NCBI GenBank assembly: GCA_977020255.1 | Contig: CDROCS010000090.1 | Coordinates: forward strand, 62,001-126,000 | Source: Obrimoposthia wandeli | Taxonomy: Eukaryota | Reading direction: 5' to 3' | Length of the DNA stretch: 64,000 nucleotides | In this document: positions 9,871-22,800 of the stretch, piece after piece | How the letters are laid out: every line of letters begins with the position of its first letter | Position numbering within the stretch: position 1 is the first letter of the stretch | Position numbers and translations under genes: made by a program | The notes under the pieces: model-generated | Databases searched by the model: none | What the model was told of the DNA's origin: nothing | What the model saw: the letters and a program-made list of their open reading frames with translations, nothing else

Positions 9871-10479
9871 TATATTATAAATGAATGATCATTTATTGTA
9901 TATTTTCATTACGTTTTTCGTTTTTGTAACATAATTTAAATTTTATACCTTTATGTAACGTAATTTTTCCTAATAACGCAAAACCATTTCGTTATTTCGT
10001 TTTTGCGTTATGTTAAGAATAACGTTTTACATCACTAGTAGTTTGATTAAAAGTGGTTTTTAAGAATATATGAGAACCCAAAATAATTTAACATTTAACT
10101 AAGCTAGTAAACTAATTGAATGACAGTATAAAAATACTAATTTAGCGAGTAAATTACTTATATGAGCGTGTTTTTATTTAAATACGGAATAATTAACTAA
10201 ATATCGAATAATTATTAAAAAATCACATACTAAATATATGGGATAATATTAATTTAAAAAATCGTATTTTTTTTCTTCATATTTTTAATATTTTATATAA
10301 GTTTAATCACTTTTTAAAATAATAATTTTGAATTAATTTCAATTTGTTTTGGATAAAAAAATTCTAATTTTTTAAAACTCTCAACTATATTAAGACGATT
10401 AGAAAGTAGCGAAAGCGAGGCAGAAACTATTAGCTATTAGTAAAGACTTTTGTAATTGCTCAAGATGTTGAAAAAAATT

Positions 10480-10900
10480 CAAGTAAGATGACTGGGTTAA
10501 AGAAACTACTTATGATACTGGGCAGGGTAAAAAACGTTTTTCAGGTGTAAGAAAGCGAAAGAGTGCTCAAAAAGGTGTAGTTTAGTTATGAATTTGCCGT
10601 ATCATATTGATAGTCAAATAGGGACATTGCTTAAGTCAGATAATGATTATTATGGAGTCGCAAAAGTAGTGCTGAAGATACAAATGAAGATATTGAAATG
10701 CTATTTAAAACGGGTTGACACAGCCGAAATTGATTTTAAAAAATTGTAGAATGGGAACCATTCAGGTGTAATTGTCAAAGATATTAAAAAATTACCTATG
10801 CAAAATGTTGTTGGAAGGGCTCAAAAATTTTAAAAATTCAAAGCTTCACCAGCCGCAAAAAAAGTCCAATAAGCCTAAAAAGAAAGTGTGATAGAATAAC
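10480..10900 (+). mobile_element. Possible MULE-type transposase N-terminal remnant
   Basis: One frame reads DWVKETTYDTGQGKKRFFRCKKAKECSKRCSL, resembling the W...T..G.K..YRC..C zinc-binding region of Mutator-like transposases. It is heavily degraded. Confidence 0.3.
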
Positions 10901-12592
10901 AAAAAATGCTTACTTTATACAATATTTTTTATCGTCAAAAGTTTTTTTTATCACAACAAAAAATTCACTCATAAATTAGATATTTATTCATTTATTTAAT
11001 TATACTGAATATAAATTGTTAACATTATAAATATTTGCATTTTTTTCTCGCTCACTTAATATTTTGCTCTAGCAAATAACTTTTACCAGTTTTGAGATAA
11101 TTGTTGTTAAAATAATGTTTTAAAATTTTGAGAGAGTGTATGTTGTGATAAATGTATTGTTTTACAGATTAATTTCAGATTATTGCGCCTGAAATAAAGA
11201 TAGTCTATGCATAAATAATTGACCCTCAACATAAGATCTAGTGATATTCAGTTTAGATTCATTATTAACATATGTCATAGTGCAAAGGTACAAGTAAAAC
11301 TATTTTGGGCATTATGGTGTGTGGTGTGGTGGTTTATTTAAAAAGAATGCTTAACCAGAAAATAGTGTGGCTTAGTCGAGATACAGTGTTGCTTCTCATT
11401 TACAAAAAATTCGGCTACAGCCTTCTGAGAACAGCACAAGATAATTCCGTACTTACAAGCTGAGCCCATGCACTAAATGGTTAACGGGTTATTTGGGAAT
11501 ATATGAATACTCAAATTTCGAATTTAAATAATTAATCCAAACTACATTGTTTTACCGTTTTTTTAATTATAATTTTTCCTGCAAAATTAAATAAAAACAA
11601 TTAGTTTGAGAGAAAAACACTTTCTTGAGAAAATAAAAAAACTTCTGAATAGGCTCAAACGCGGCTCAGCGACATTTACTAATTATATTATTTAAAAAAT
11701 TGAATATAAAATTAGACGAAGCGTTCCAAAAGAATCTTCTACACGTTATATGCAGACTAGCTACGAACAAAATAAACAATCAAAATGGTGGATTAAGCAT
11801 CATGAATAAACTAATAATACTCACTTTCTCAACTTATAAATTATTTCGGGAACCTATTTTCTTGTTTTTCATATAAATTTTCGATTTTGGTCTACCTAAG
11901 GTTCAAACCAGGGATGTCAATAATCTCTTAGATAAGGTCAAAGCATTGCGCGATGTTTTTAGAAATTGTTTCTCACAACCTCGGTACCCAGCGGTCTTCT
12001 ACATTGTTTGAATCTCACTTTGAAGGTTCTCATGATATTAGCTAAATTTTGTGTGAAAATATGAATAAATTAAATGAAATATTTATAAACATGTAATTAT
12101 CGTCTTAAAACTAAACACATTCTTATATTTCTTATTCATTGGTTCTCATACAATTATAAACAAATAATATAGTAAGCGCAAATAAAAAAGAACTGTACAG
12201 AAAATCAATAACTAATTGTAAATTCTAAAATGAAAATCTCAATATAGAGTATGGATCTCACGAAATTGCATTACACGCACTGAAATTGAAAGCTTCATTG
12301 TTTCAAAATAAAAATATTGAACTGTTATCTAACAACAAATTTATCAGTTAATTCACTTGAACACTTCCACCAAGATCGATATAGATAGTGTGCACACCAA
12401 AACTGATCACAAGCTGAAGTCAATGATACAATGACGTAGAATTGTAGGCACACACGCACATACAGAGTCGCTCAGAAAACTACAATCAATACATTTGTAA
12501 TCTTGAGCGATGAACAGTACAGTGAATGAGTCATTGATTAACTAGAAGTTCTCCGATTTCTAAAATACATTTTTAACTGGATTTATCGAAAA

Positions 12593-13856
12593 ATGAGTGT
12601 AGTAAGTATTGAGTCCAATGATTCCGAATCATATCAGTGTTCCTTGCTGAATGAAAGTATTAGTTCCTTGCAGTTCGATAAAAGAGTTCGATTTCGGAGC
12701 TATAGTTCTCAATTTACACTCAGCGAACTGGTTATGGTTTCCATTGAACGCCGCGAAGAGTGTCAGCCGATCGATAATAAAATAACCATCGAAGTTGACA
12801 TCTGTACTGCTTTAATTGATGATCAAGTATCACAGTGCAGTGAGAAACCTTTTAATGACGTTGTGCGTTTAGAAGATATGACAAAAAGCAATACATGGAT
12901 TGCGAGGCTCATCAATTATGATTCGTTTGTCGACAAAGATCTGCGTCGAACTGTTCGCGAAGATGCAATGGAGCCGAATAAGCTGTACATGGTGAAAAAC
13001 AGACATTCGTCGAGGACTACAGACAATGTTAGTGTAGAGATCAGTAACCCGGTTCCAGGGCAGCGGAAAATGAAAACGTCGGCGGTTCAATTTACACCTC
13101 GTCACAGTTGTACGACAACAGAATGCGAGGAAGAGGTCAGGAGCCACGTTTCACGGGAGTTATCCAATGACAGCATGAGGAATGAACTGCTCATTCAAAC
13201 TGCCTTTGCTGAGAAAAGCAACATAATTTCGTCGATTGATTTGGACAAAACGAAGAACATCGAATTAAGCAACTTTTCCACTGCACCGAAAGCGAAAGAA
13301 CCGGCCACTGAACATGTGACCGATAAACGTGGAAGACAAATTCCCATAATAGCAGTAGAAATGGACACTCAAAATCAAGGTCAACCTAAAATCCAAGAGA
13401 AAAAGTATGTGGAATCGGACACAATTCCGTACGCCGAAGAAACGGATTTGGAGAGTGACAATGCTGCCTCGTATGCCAAGCGGAACACGTTGTCCAAGTC
13501 TTTGCAGTACTATTTGCCTTTGGCAAGCGGAAATGAACAGGCCAACACGAATCAGCTGACGGTGGAAAAGTCAAAAAGAGAATCTGTTACCACTGACGAA
13601 TGCACCTCATTAGACGAGGACGACGATTCTTCTATAACTCCCGAGTTTCACGGAAACGTTAAATCGGAATTTGATTTCCATGAGGACTTTGATGGCTTCA
13701 GTGACAATTTCAACACAATGCAGTCGCAGGAGTCGAATGGAGAAGAATATGAAGAAGATAAAGTTCCAGAAGAAAATAATGACCAAACACCGACTGCATT
13801 TGATGAAGTGGACGCAAAATTTCCTTCAAACAAGTGGGCGACTTTCCAGTTTACAG
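12593..13856 (+). CDS. Large first coding exon (421 codons + 1 nt), acidic/Ser-rich
   Basis: This is the longest ORF in the window (426 aa to the unspliced stop) and has higher GC than its surroundings. It ends at a strong donor, CAG|GTGAGT. No folded domain was recognised. The start codon may not be the true first exon. Confidence 0.88.
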
Positions 13857-16800
13857 GTGAGTGGTTCTTTTGAAATATTTATCCACACCAATCCTCCAAT
13901 TCTAGAAGACATTTCGGGTCGTATTAAGAACTTAAAGGATCCTTAACCAAAAATGTTTTATTAGCTAAGTAGTCCTAAATGTTTTCATGAAGTACGTTTT
14001 ATTTTGACAAATCCATTACCTAATATTAAGAAAATGAAAAAGAACAATTTACAGAAAATAATATTTTGTTTCACATATTTTAAAATTGCAACAAAATTGA
14101 AGTATTATGAAAATTAATATGAAATCAAAATATAAAAAATAAGTCTGAAACCTAATTATTTTAAATATCATTCTTAAAATGCTCATTCGAATTTAATCTG
14201 CATTGACATTGATTTTATCTTATATTAAATTAATTCAATCGAAAACATAATTATTTAAAAGAGAATTAACTTTATGTTTTTAAAATACTTTTAAATCTTC
14301 TAGTAAATATTTTAATTTTATTAGAACCAACATTAGAACCGACCAAATTCAAATTGTATAATGGAAAAGATAATTATTCGATCATGAAGTAGATTACATT
14401 AACAAAATTTAATTTATGATAATTGATGTAATTTTTGTGTATTCAACTGTGATAATTTTTTTCCGGGTTTTGTGATTACATTTTGTAATTTATTACTACG
14501 ATGTTGCAGATTTTGATTATATTGAAATTTTCAAAAGTTACTTTTTCAATTAATGAAACTTATCTAATTTTCGAATTAAATATTATCATTATAACGATTA
14601 ATAAACCAATTGAAAGAAATTTCAACTTAATATCAACTATCACCAAAACAATATTTTCTTAAATTATATAAATAAATTACATAATGAACTTTATTGTTTC
14701 GATAATTTTTTCCTTAAAATATATATTTTTTAGGTAATTTATTTAAATAAGATGGTTAAAATTCCCTTTTTTATTCATAGAAGTTTTCTCGACAGTGGAT
14801 TTATTAAAGGAATGTTTACAGGCTCGAGTAATCAGCGTCCAATTGTACTTACACACCTACACATGAGGTCCAAATTAGAGACACGTGGCCGGAAAAGTAA
14901 ACCAAAACAATATACACAGAGCTCCATTAACGTATTTTCCACACTCATAATGATCCACTTAAAGGTGATTATTGAAAATAGTCGGAGTGTTTTCTAAAGT
15001 TGAAACGATGCGTGTTTTGATCTCAATTCACCGAGGGTCCAAATAGAGGATTAAATATCGGGATTTATTCTTCTTCAAACACTCAATCAATCCAGGTTAC
15101 ATGGTTCAGAGAACTGTTTCGAAAAATATTCGATAATTGCAGAGTTGACTAGATTGCAGTGGTCACAAAAATATATATAATTTTAGAAAAAGTGTTAACA
15201 AGTACATAATACGATTTAAAAGATAACTTTTTTCCGTTAACGAAATAGCATATTATTAGTCTAACTGTGTTATTCAAATAATGTTATTTAAATTAATCCA
15301 TCTTTTCACGTTTTGAAATATCGACATGGGAAAAGCCCAGTTTTATAGACAAAATAAGGATTGGATATATGTGCAACTGTATATTTAGTTATAATAATTA
15401 ATTATTAGGTACATTCTCTTACGCAAACATGAGATGTCGGTATTGTTTTCTCATAGATTACATTCTTTTGAACTAGAGCCAAGTATTTCAGCTTGCCGTT
15501 TAGAAAGATACAAATATCTTACTAATTCATTTATCTGACCCGACTTATTAATAAAGATTCTCGAGACATTAGTATTTCATAATTTGTATACGTAATATCG
15601 TTTTTGTATATTAATGTCTTCCTATCTACTTCCGATATAAATTTTTTTTACAAATTATAAATAATTTAATAAAATAATGATACAAAATTAAAAAAAAAAC
15701 TTTTTAGGCATAAAATCATAAATTATTGTTGTACATGATGTACAAATTATTATTGTCCGAAATGCAAAATTTTCCCTACAAAACTTATTTTCATCACAGG
15801 TAAAATTTCGATCTTGCACTGTATTATTTTAGGAAAGATAAACAATTAAAATATAAAATGAACGTCTATATTTCTTCCGAATTCTACAATATTAGAACAT
15901 TCTCTTGTCAATAATGGCAGGCTGCTGTTAGTTTGTACGCATATACGTCAAACATACGATATTCCAGTCTTTTGATATCTTCCTGAAAATAATTGAATAA
16001 TAATTGAACATTTATCGAAAGCCAGTGCATCTCAAGCCTATACCTTTTCAGCCCCGTTTGTCTTGTAAATAATTGAAAGATAAGCCTTTGCCGTATATTA
16101 AATTTCCTGTCACTCCAACCATCCAATACAAACATATAATAACTGCTCTTAATTTTCATAGACCTATGTCTGTCTTTAGATTATTATTTAATATAAGTTT
16201 TAATCTTTGTAAGTAGTGATGCAATGAAAGTAAATTTTGTGAAAATGATTCAAAATTGAATCTAAGAAAAACATAAACCTTATTAAAGAAACGATAAGTA
16301 AAAAAAGAACATTTGTCCTTGATGAAAATATTACAATAAACTGTCAAATTATTAAAGATTTATGTAACAAGAAAATACCTTACTACTGAGTTAACTACAA
16401 TGCTGACACATTCAATTATTACATCAAGATTGGATTTTCAAAATTAATTATTGTTTAATATTTCAGCTTTTATTTTAAATCACTTACTAAAACATTTAAA
16501 CAAATCCGTTAGAATTTTATTCAAATTATGGATAAGTTCGTAGACGTGAAAATTTAATGAAGCTCTGTTGACTGTCGATCAATGCCAGAATTGAAATTAA
16601 GATTTTTCTCATTATCAAAAAGGTATTATCTCACAAAGGCTCCAATATTTATATGATCTTCTCTAGTATGGAATATTTGAAATTTATGATCTGAATATAA
16701 ATAAAAATTTAGCGATAGATATAAAAAACAGTAACAATGCGGAAAAAATTAAGAAGCAGTTGAATACATTTTGAACATATTAAGAGAAAAAATGAAAACA

Positions 16801-19800
16801 TGAAGCGAGTTTGAGTAATAAGTCGTAGATTTATTACATGTAGGCGCTATTTAAATAAAATTTATTGTTATAGATTATCTACTTACATTTTAAAATAATG
16901 CATTCATACAATGTGATCCAAAAGTCTCCGTTTCTTAAAAAATTAACTTTATTTACATGAAATGTACAGTTCAATATCACACTAATACTAATCTTCGAAT
17001 AAAGCCCCATTTAATTTTTAATTTCTCCTTCTAATACTATACTGTCGTTCTTGGTGGTGCTTTGTTGTAGGTGTCAGCAAATAAACGATGACCCTCTTCA
17101 GAACTTTTTCTTCGATTGTGTATTCGTTATTGGCCATATTGCTATTCACACAGTGTCAAAATATTTCCAAATAATCAATAAATGCCTGCACACTGTACAT
17201 TATGTTATATCTTTTTAGTATTTATTCTATGAATACCTAATCAATCATAACAAAGATATAAAACCATAAAGTACAATATCATCATATTACATGAACATGG
17301 AATGTACTATCCATATAAATAAAGTATATTTTTCTAGATACAGAGACTTTTGGATCACAATGTCTGTTAGGTTGGCTGTAACCGTGAAGGGAATCCTTAT
17401 TTTTTCCGACCAAACAATTATTAACATAGATTTGTTATTGTGAATTGTAAGTAGATAATGTATAACAATTTCATATCATAATGTAAAATCTGCCATTGTG
17501 AATGTGGCCTGATATTTCCTATGCTCAGAAGAAGACACAGATCTCGAGGACTCTCAAATTTTCCAGGAGAATCTGGTGATGCACATTTGCAGCTATCCAC
17601 CCATGGAGTGGGCTATTTATGAGACCAAGAGGCCGGCCGACAACATCAGTAGGTGTTTTATATTTAACAAACGTAATTTCAAACAATATGCCTAATTTAC
17701 TACGTTTCTTTATGAGTATTACATTTATGTATAACTTACACTTAGGTTTAACTTTTTAATACTTTTAATATATTACAACATAAAAGTTTAACTGAATACA
17801 AATCATTTATTTATATCAAAGATTGTCGACGATTATCTTAATAATCTAATAATGATTTCTATTTCATGTATTAAAATTTTTTTTTACCAGGGACACAACA
17901 GAACCCCCATTTCTTGATAACACCATTAACAACTTGCAGAACAACTTTTATCGCCAACATTCACGAAGAGGGTTCAGCGTACCAATTCCAGAGATCTGAG
18001 TCCCGAACAATTCTGGCGTGGAGAAGAAGGTACGGGATTTTATTGTCTGATCAGCATCATACAAATCATCGACTTGTTTTTGATCGAACCCATGAAATGT
18101 TTAGGAATTGTCCAAAGAATTTCGAATCACAATTTTTATTGATTAAATAGGAAAATTAATTTCTAGCTCGGAATCTTACACTGATTTCAAATATGCTAAA
18201 CAAGACATTTCTGTAAAAAATAAAATATGGATTCTCAAATTATTAGACATGTGTATATACAATATTAGAGAAACAAAATTTGATTTTTTAAAATGACAAT
18301 AATTGTTCGATTTACGAATTTCTCTTTTGTAGGATGTTTTGGTATCTTCTTTATTTAAAAACTATCAAAATTCCCTCACATTGCCGGATTGCTAGGCAAA
18401 AAATGTGTAGATCATTTTTTTGTTTTAGTGTTGGCGCAATTTTAAAGAAAGTGTATAAATTAAAAATATCTTGTAAGTCTATATTCATTCTGATTATTAT
18501 TTTTTATTATTATATTTATAATAAATTTTATAAAATCTGCCAAACTTTTTAATTTAATCTGGCACGCGAGGGCCGCACTAAATGGCTTCGCGGGCCGGGT
18601 TGTGGCCCGCGGGCCGCCTGTTGCACACCCCTGGTTTAGATGTACCTTCGCATTTTCAGAATTGGCAGTTACATTGTGAAAGTAACACAGACATATGTGA
18701 AAAAGTGCTCTTACTGAAGGATATGTGATACTCTTTGGTTTTATTTCGTATGATGGTTTATCAAATATAACTGTTATTGAAAATAAATATGTCCACATAT
18801 TTGAGAATGATGTTTAGGAACGAAAGGGATAATATAATATGGCAACAAGATAATGCTGGACCTCATAAAGCCTGCAAAGCTTTTGATTATTTCAGATCCA
18901 ACAAGTTAATTCTTCTCCCTTGACATGTATATAGCTACAAGTTATCTATAATAGACAATGTGTGAAAGATTTAAAAAAGATTTGTCTATTACACTTGACT
19001 GTGAATAAAAACTGTTTTGATTAACATTTCAAATGAAAAAAATAAATTAAATTATTATTTTTAAAAATTAGGCTTAAACATTTTAATACAAAGTTTAAAT
19101 TCTAAAACGTTAAGTACGATTATTTGATGTTTAGAAGTGCAAAAAAACTGAATTCTCTAGCTGGAAAAAAAATTGCTTAAAAATGTTTTTTTTTTCAGAG
19201 GTTGGTTCCGATAATTCGGTTACGGTGGAGTACCGGGAACCGGCAAAAATTACGGTGGAGCCCAAATTTGGAAGAGAAATCAAACCCAAGCAAGGTAATT
19301 GATGATTCTGATTTATTATTACGATATCAGTCTTGAGATTAGAAAAACAATCTTTTCTATTTGCTTGTTATTTTTTGTTGGTTCAGCATTTTAATTGTAG
19401 CATTTTAAAATTTTCGGACCTAATATTTGATTGTGGTTTGTTTGCAGTAGTCAGAAAATCGTCTGGATCCCGACCTCAAATTGTTTCTCGATCCAAGTCC
19501 AGAGATAAGAGTCCTGAGAAACCTGGTAAGTTTTCTTCAAAATATTTTCCCCCATTTAAAAGGTTGTGGAATTTAAAAAAATGCTGTTTATCGTCTCTGG
19601 CTTTACTTAGACGGGACATTTACAAAACGTTGAGTCAGATGGCCATTTTCGAATGTACAAAATTAGGCTTCTCTATCAGTCCTTCCCATAATTCAAGACC
19701 TCAGTCCATCGGTGTACCACTGCTCTAATTTACAAAATATTGAAACCAGACATTATAAAATTAATTTTAAGCTAAGCTGTTCTATGCGAAAAGTGAGACT

Positions 19801-22800
19801 ACTTGTCATTAGACAGTAGACGAGGAACCTTAAGACAGATCTGGTTCAGCTTCAAGAAGATATTTGTGTTTCTTTGTTTTGATGCCAACCAGTCCAGGGA
19901 AATGGGGAAGGTAGAATATACCTAGGACTAATAGTCAACTAAAATGACGCCAATGTCATTTGCTCAAGAACCATCTTTCGGACGCCATCTGATGCAAGCT
20001 CCAAGAGCTGCTGTTCTTCTAAATCACAGTTCCATCCGACTCAGGGAAGTGCTTGTGAAAGTCATTTTGCAAATCTTCCAAATTCAACGCCATATATTGT
20101 AGTATATCACCACTGCTTTCTTCTGTTGACTGTCACTTGAAGTTGTGAAGGTTTGCGTAAGAGTCTAATTTTCCTGGATCAGGGTGTTTACCTGACAGAG
20201 GCAATTTTGTGATAATTTATTTTGCTTGAACATGAAATATTGAGATTCAGGTTTCATTCAGATGCTTCTCGATTTAAGAATTTCTATCCTGTACCCTGTA
20301 AACTTTCAACATACCACATGGATCAATGTAAATAAATATATTTGATCAGAAAAATGTCTTAAAATACCAAAAAAGAATTCGATTCACAACTCTCTTTCTT
20401 CATTTTTCTTCTTCTACAGTTAATTCTACAAAATTCGTCGAAAAGTTTTTTTTCATATTTTTACTTACTTCGATGCTAGTTTCTCTGAAATAGAACTGAA
20501 GAAACTGCATACTTTAAGAATTAAGACTATTCAAATTTCGTTCAACTCTATTTATTTCTTATGAAATGTTTTGAGCATGAGGTTTCTGAAAAATATTTGA
20601 TTGTAGGTATCAGTATTCTTGAATAAATGGATAAATGCAGTAGAATTAGGATATATGGATACATATTAGATGACATATTTGGAGTAGATTGGTAAATTGT
20701 AAATTTAGTGTTCACGTTTTGTGGTTTTTTCAAACATAACTGACTGAGTGAGCTAGTATTCTTGTTTAATTACATTGTGTTTTCCTTACAACAGTGAGAC
20801 TCAATAAGCTAGCAAGTAGATACATATGTCACTGATTTCGTTAAGACAAAGAAATTAAAGCTCGCATCGTTATTTTCTAACTCATCACATTTCAAACGAC
20901 TACTTCCTAACTAGAAAGATCTTGTATTTTTCTTAGTGAATTGATTTCTAAATTGTCGCGGTTAGCACTTTTTTATGCTAAATCATAAGTATATAAACTT
21001 TTATACAATATCGATAATTTTCAAATGTATATTTGAATTATAACGACATCCCTAACTCATATAATAACTGGATAAATTAACATTTTTCAAGATTTAACGT
21101 AACGTATAAATAATAACGCAAAACAACTATTATAAATATGCAAAATTTTTAAATATATTATAATATTTAAACATGACATAGATTATTTTTAACTATTTAT
21201 TTCTACATTTAGATATAATAAATTTCAGTTTTTATGTATGAAACTCGTTACATCCAAAATGTTTAGTTTCTATTTAAATATAATAATGATAACCCTCTGT
21301 ATAATTTAGAGAAAATAAAAATATTGAATAGAAATTTAGTAAAATAATTCGCAAAACTCAGAATTAAATTTCAACAGAACTAAATGTGATTGGGATAAAG
21401 CTTTATTTGGAATTCATTGAAGTGAAACTAATAACAAGTTTTATTCAACTAAATTTGAAAAGTGCTAATATCTAGAAGACTAGATATTAAAACAAAGTTC
21501 ATCACATTCTCCGTCACTAAGATTTGACTGGTCTACGTAATCGATGAATTTGGTTGGAGCTTATCGTTGACTTGATGATGTTCGTACGTCGTTGGTTTCA
21601 TTCGTGGATTCAGTCTCATCTTGAGAATCGTTAAGAGGAATGTTGCTGGGAACCTCTATGGATTCAGTTTGGTTTTTCTTTTGAAAGAGGAGCAAGATCT
21701 TGAGTTGACACCGTGTCTATTTTTCCGTTTTGGTTTTTTATTTTGGCATACTGTTGATTAGCCTCAATAAGATCGACCTCTTGTACCGAGGGCTCATATT
21801 TATTGTCTTTTACGTGTCTTCTTAGAAGTACGGTTCCTGGTTTGTTTAGCCATTTGGGCAGGCTTCTTCCGAATGCTGATTGTCTTTCGTGATTTAAAAG
21901 TCTTTCACGTGGAGTGCAATTTGTGGAGGTGCACAGTAACGATCGAATAGAATGTAGCGCTTCTTGCAAAACCACTTTCCATGAAGATGGGGTTTGGTTT
22001 CATCTGTGTAGAGTTAAAGATATAGTTTTCCAGAGTGTCCCATTTAGTCGCTCTACTTGACCATTTCCTGATGGATGATATGGTGTTGTTTGGGTTTAGG
22101 TTTGGTTGTGCTTCGTTAAGAATTCCCTGACTTCTTGACTCATACATTGGGTACCTCGATCGGTGTGAATTGACGAAGGACACCCGAACGTGGAGAAGAG
22201 ATCGAGGAGGCACGTTTTTACTGTGTGTGCTTCTATGTTTTTGCAAGGGTAGTCAAACGGGAATCTGGAATATTCGTCTATCATCACTAGAAGGTATCGG
22301 TAAGGGCCGGATTGCGGTAGCGGTCCTTTGAAGTCTATACTCAATATTTCAAAGGGTCGAGTCATTTTATTAGCTGTGACATCTCGGGTCGGTAGTATTG
22401 TGGTTTGAGTATTGCGCATGTTTTGCAATTTTCACAAACGTATCTGACTTTCTTTATAGAGAATGGGAGGTTTTTGCTTCTGATGAAATGCCAGAGCCTT
22501 GTAATTCCTGGGTGGCCCAACGTTTGATGGATTTCAAGAGCCGTTTTGGATTTGACATTTGGACATTGCGTCTGCAGCTAGATTGAGTTTGTCTGGAATG
22601 TGTGTTACGTTGTAGAAATATAAGGACAACTCAAATCTCCATCGAATAATTTTGTCATTTTTAGTTTTTCCATTTCTCTTTTAATTGAAGATAAACGAGA
22701 GCACCTTTTGGTCAGTTTTGATTGAAAAGTGGTTTGTGATCAATATTGATCCCCATTTTCGCACACTTTCGACGATCGCCATAACTTCTTTCTCGATTGA

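Noticed and set aside
9974-10040. 11-bp inverted repeat followed by CTAG as a Helitron 3' end
   Set aside because: The stem is AT-rich with a long loop and lies too far from the CTAG. No 5' TC end or Rep/helicase remnant was seen.
17971-17990. Possible 20-nt intron (GTTCAGCGTACCAATTCCAG)
   Set aside because: It is unnecessary. The acceptor at 17939 gives a clean 90-nt phase 1-1 exon whose peptide matches its paralog at 23786.
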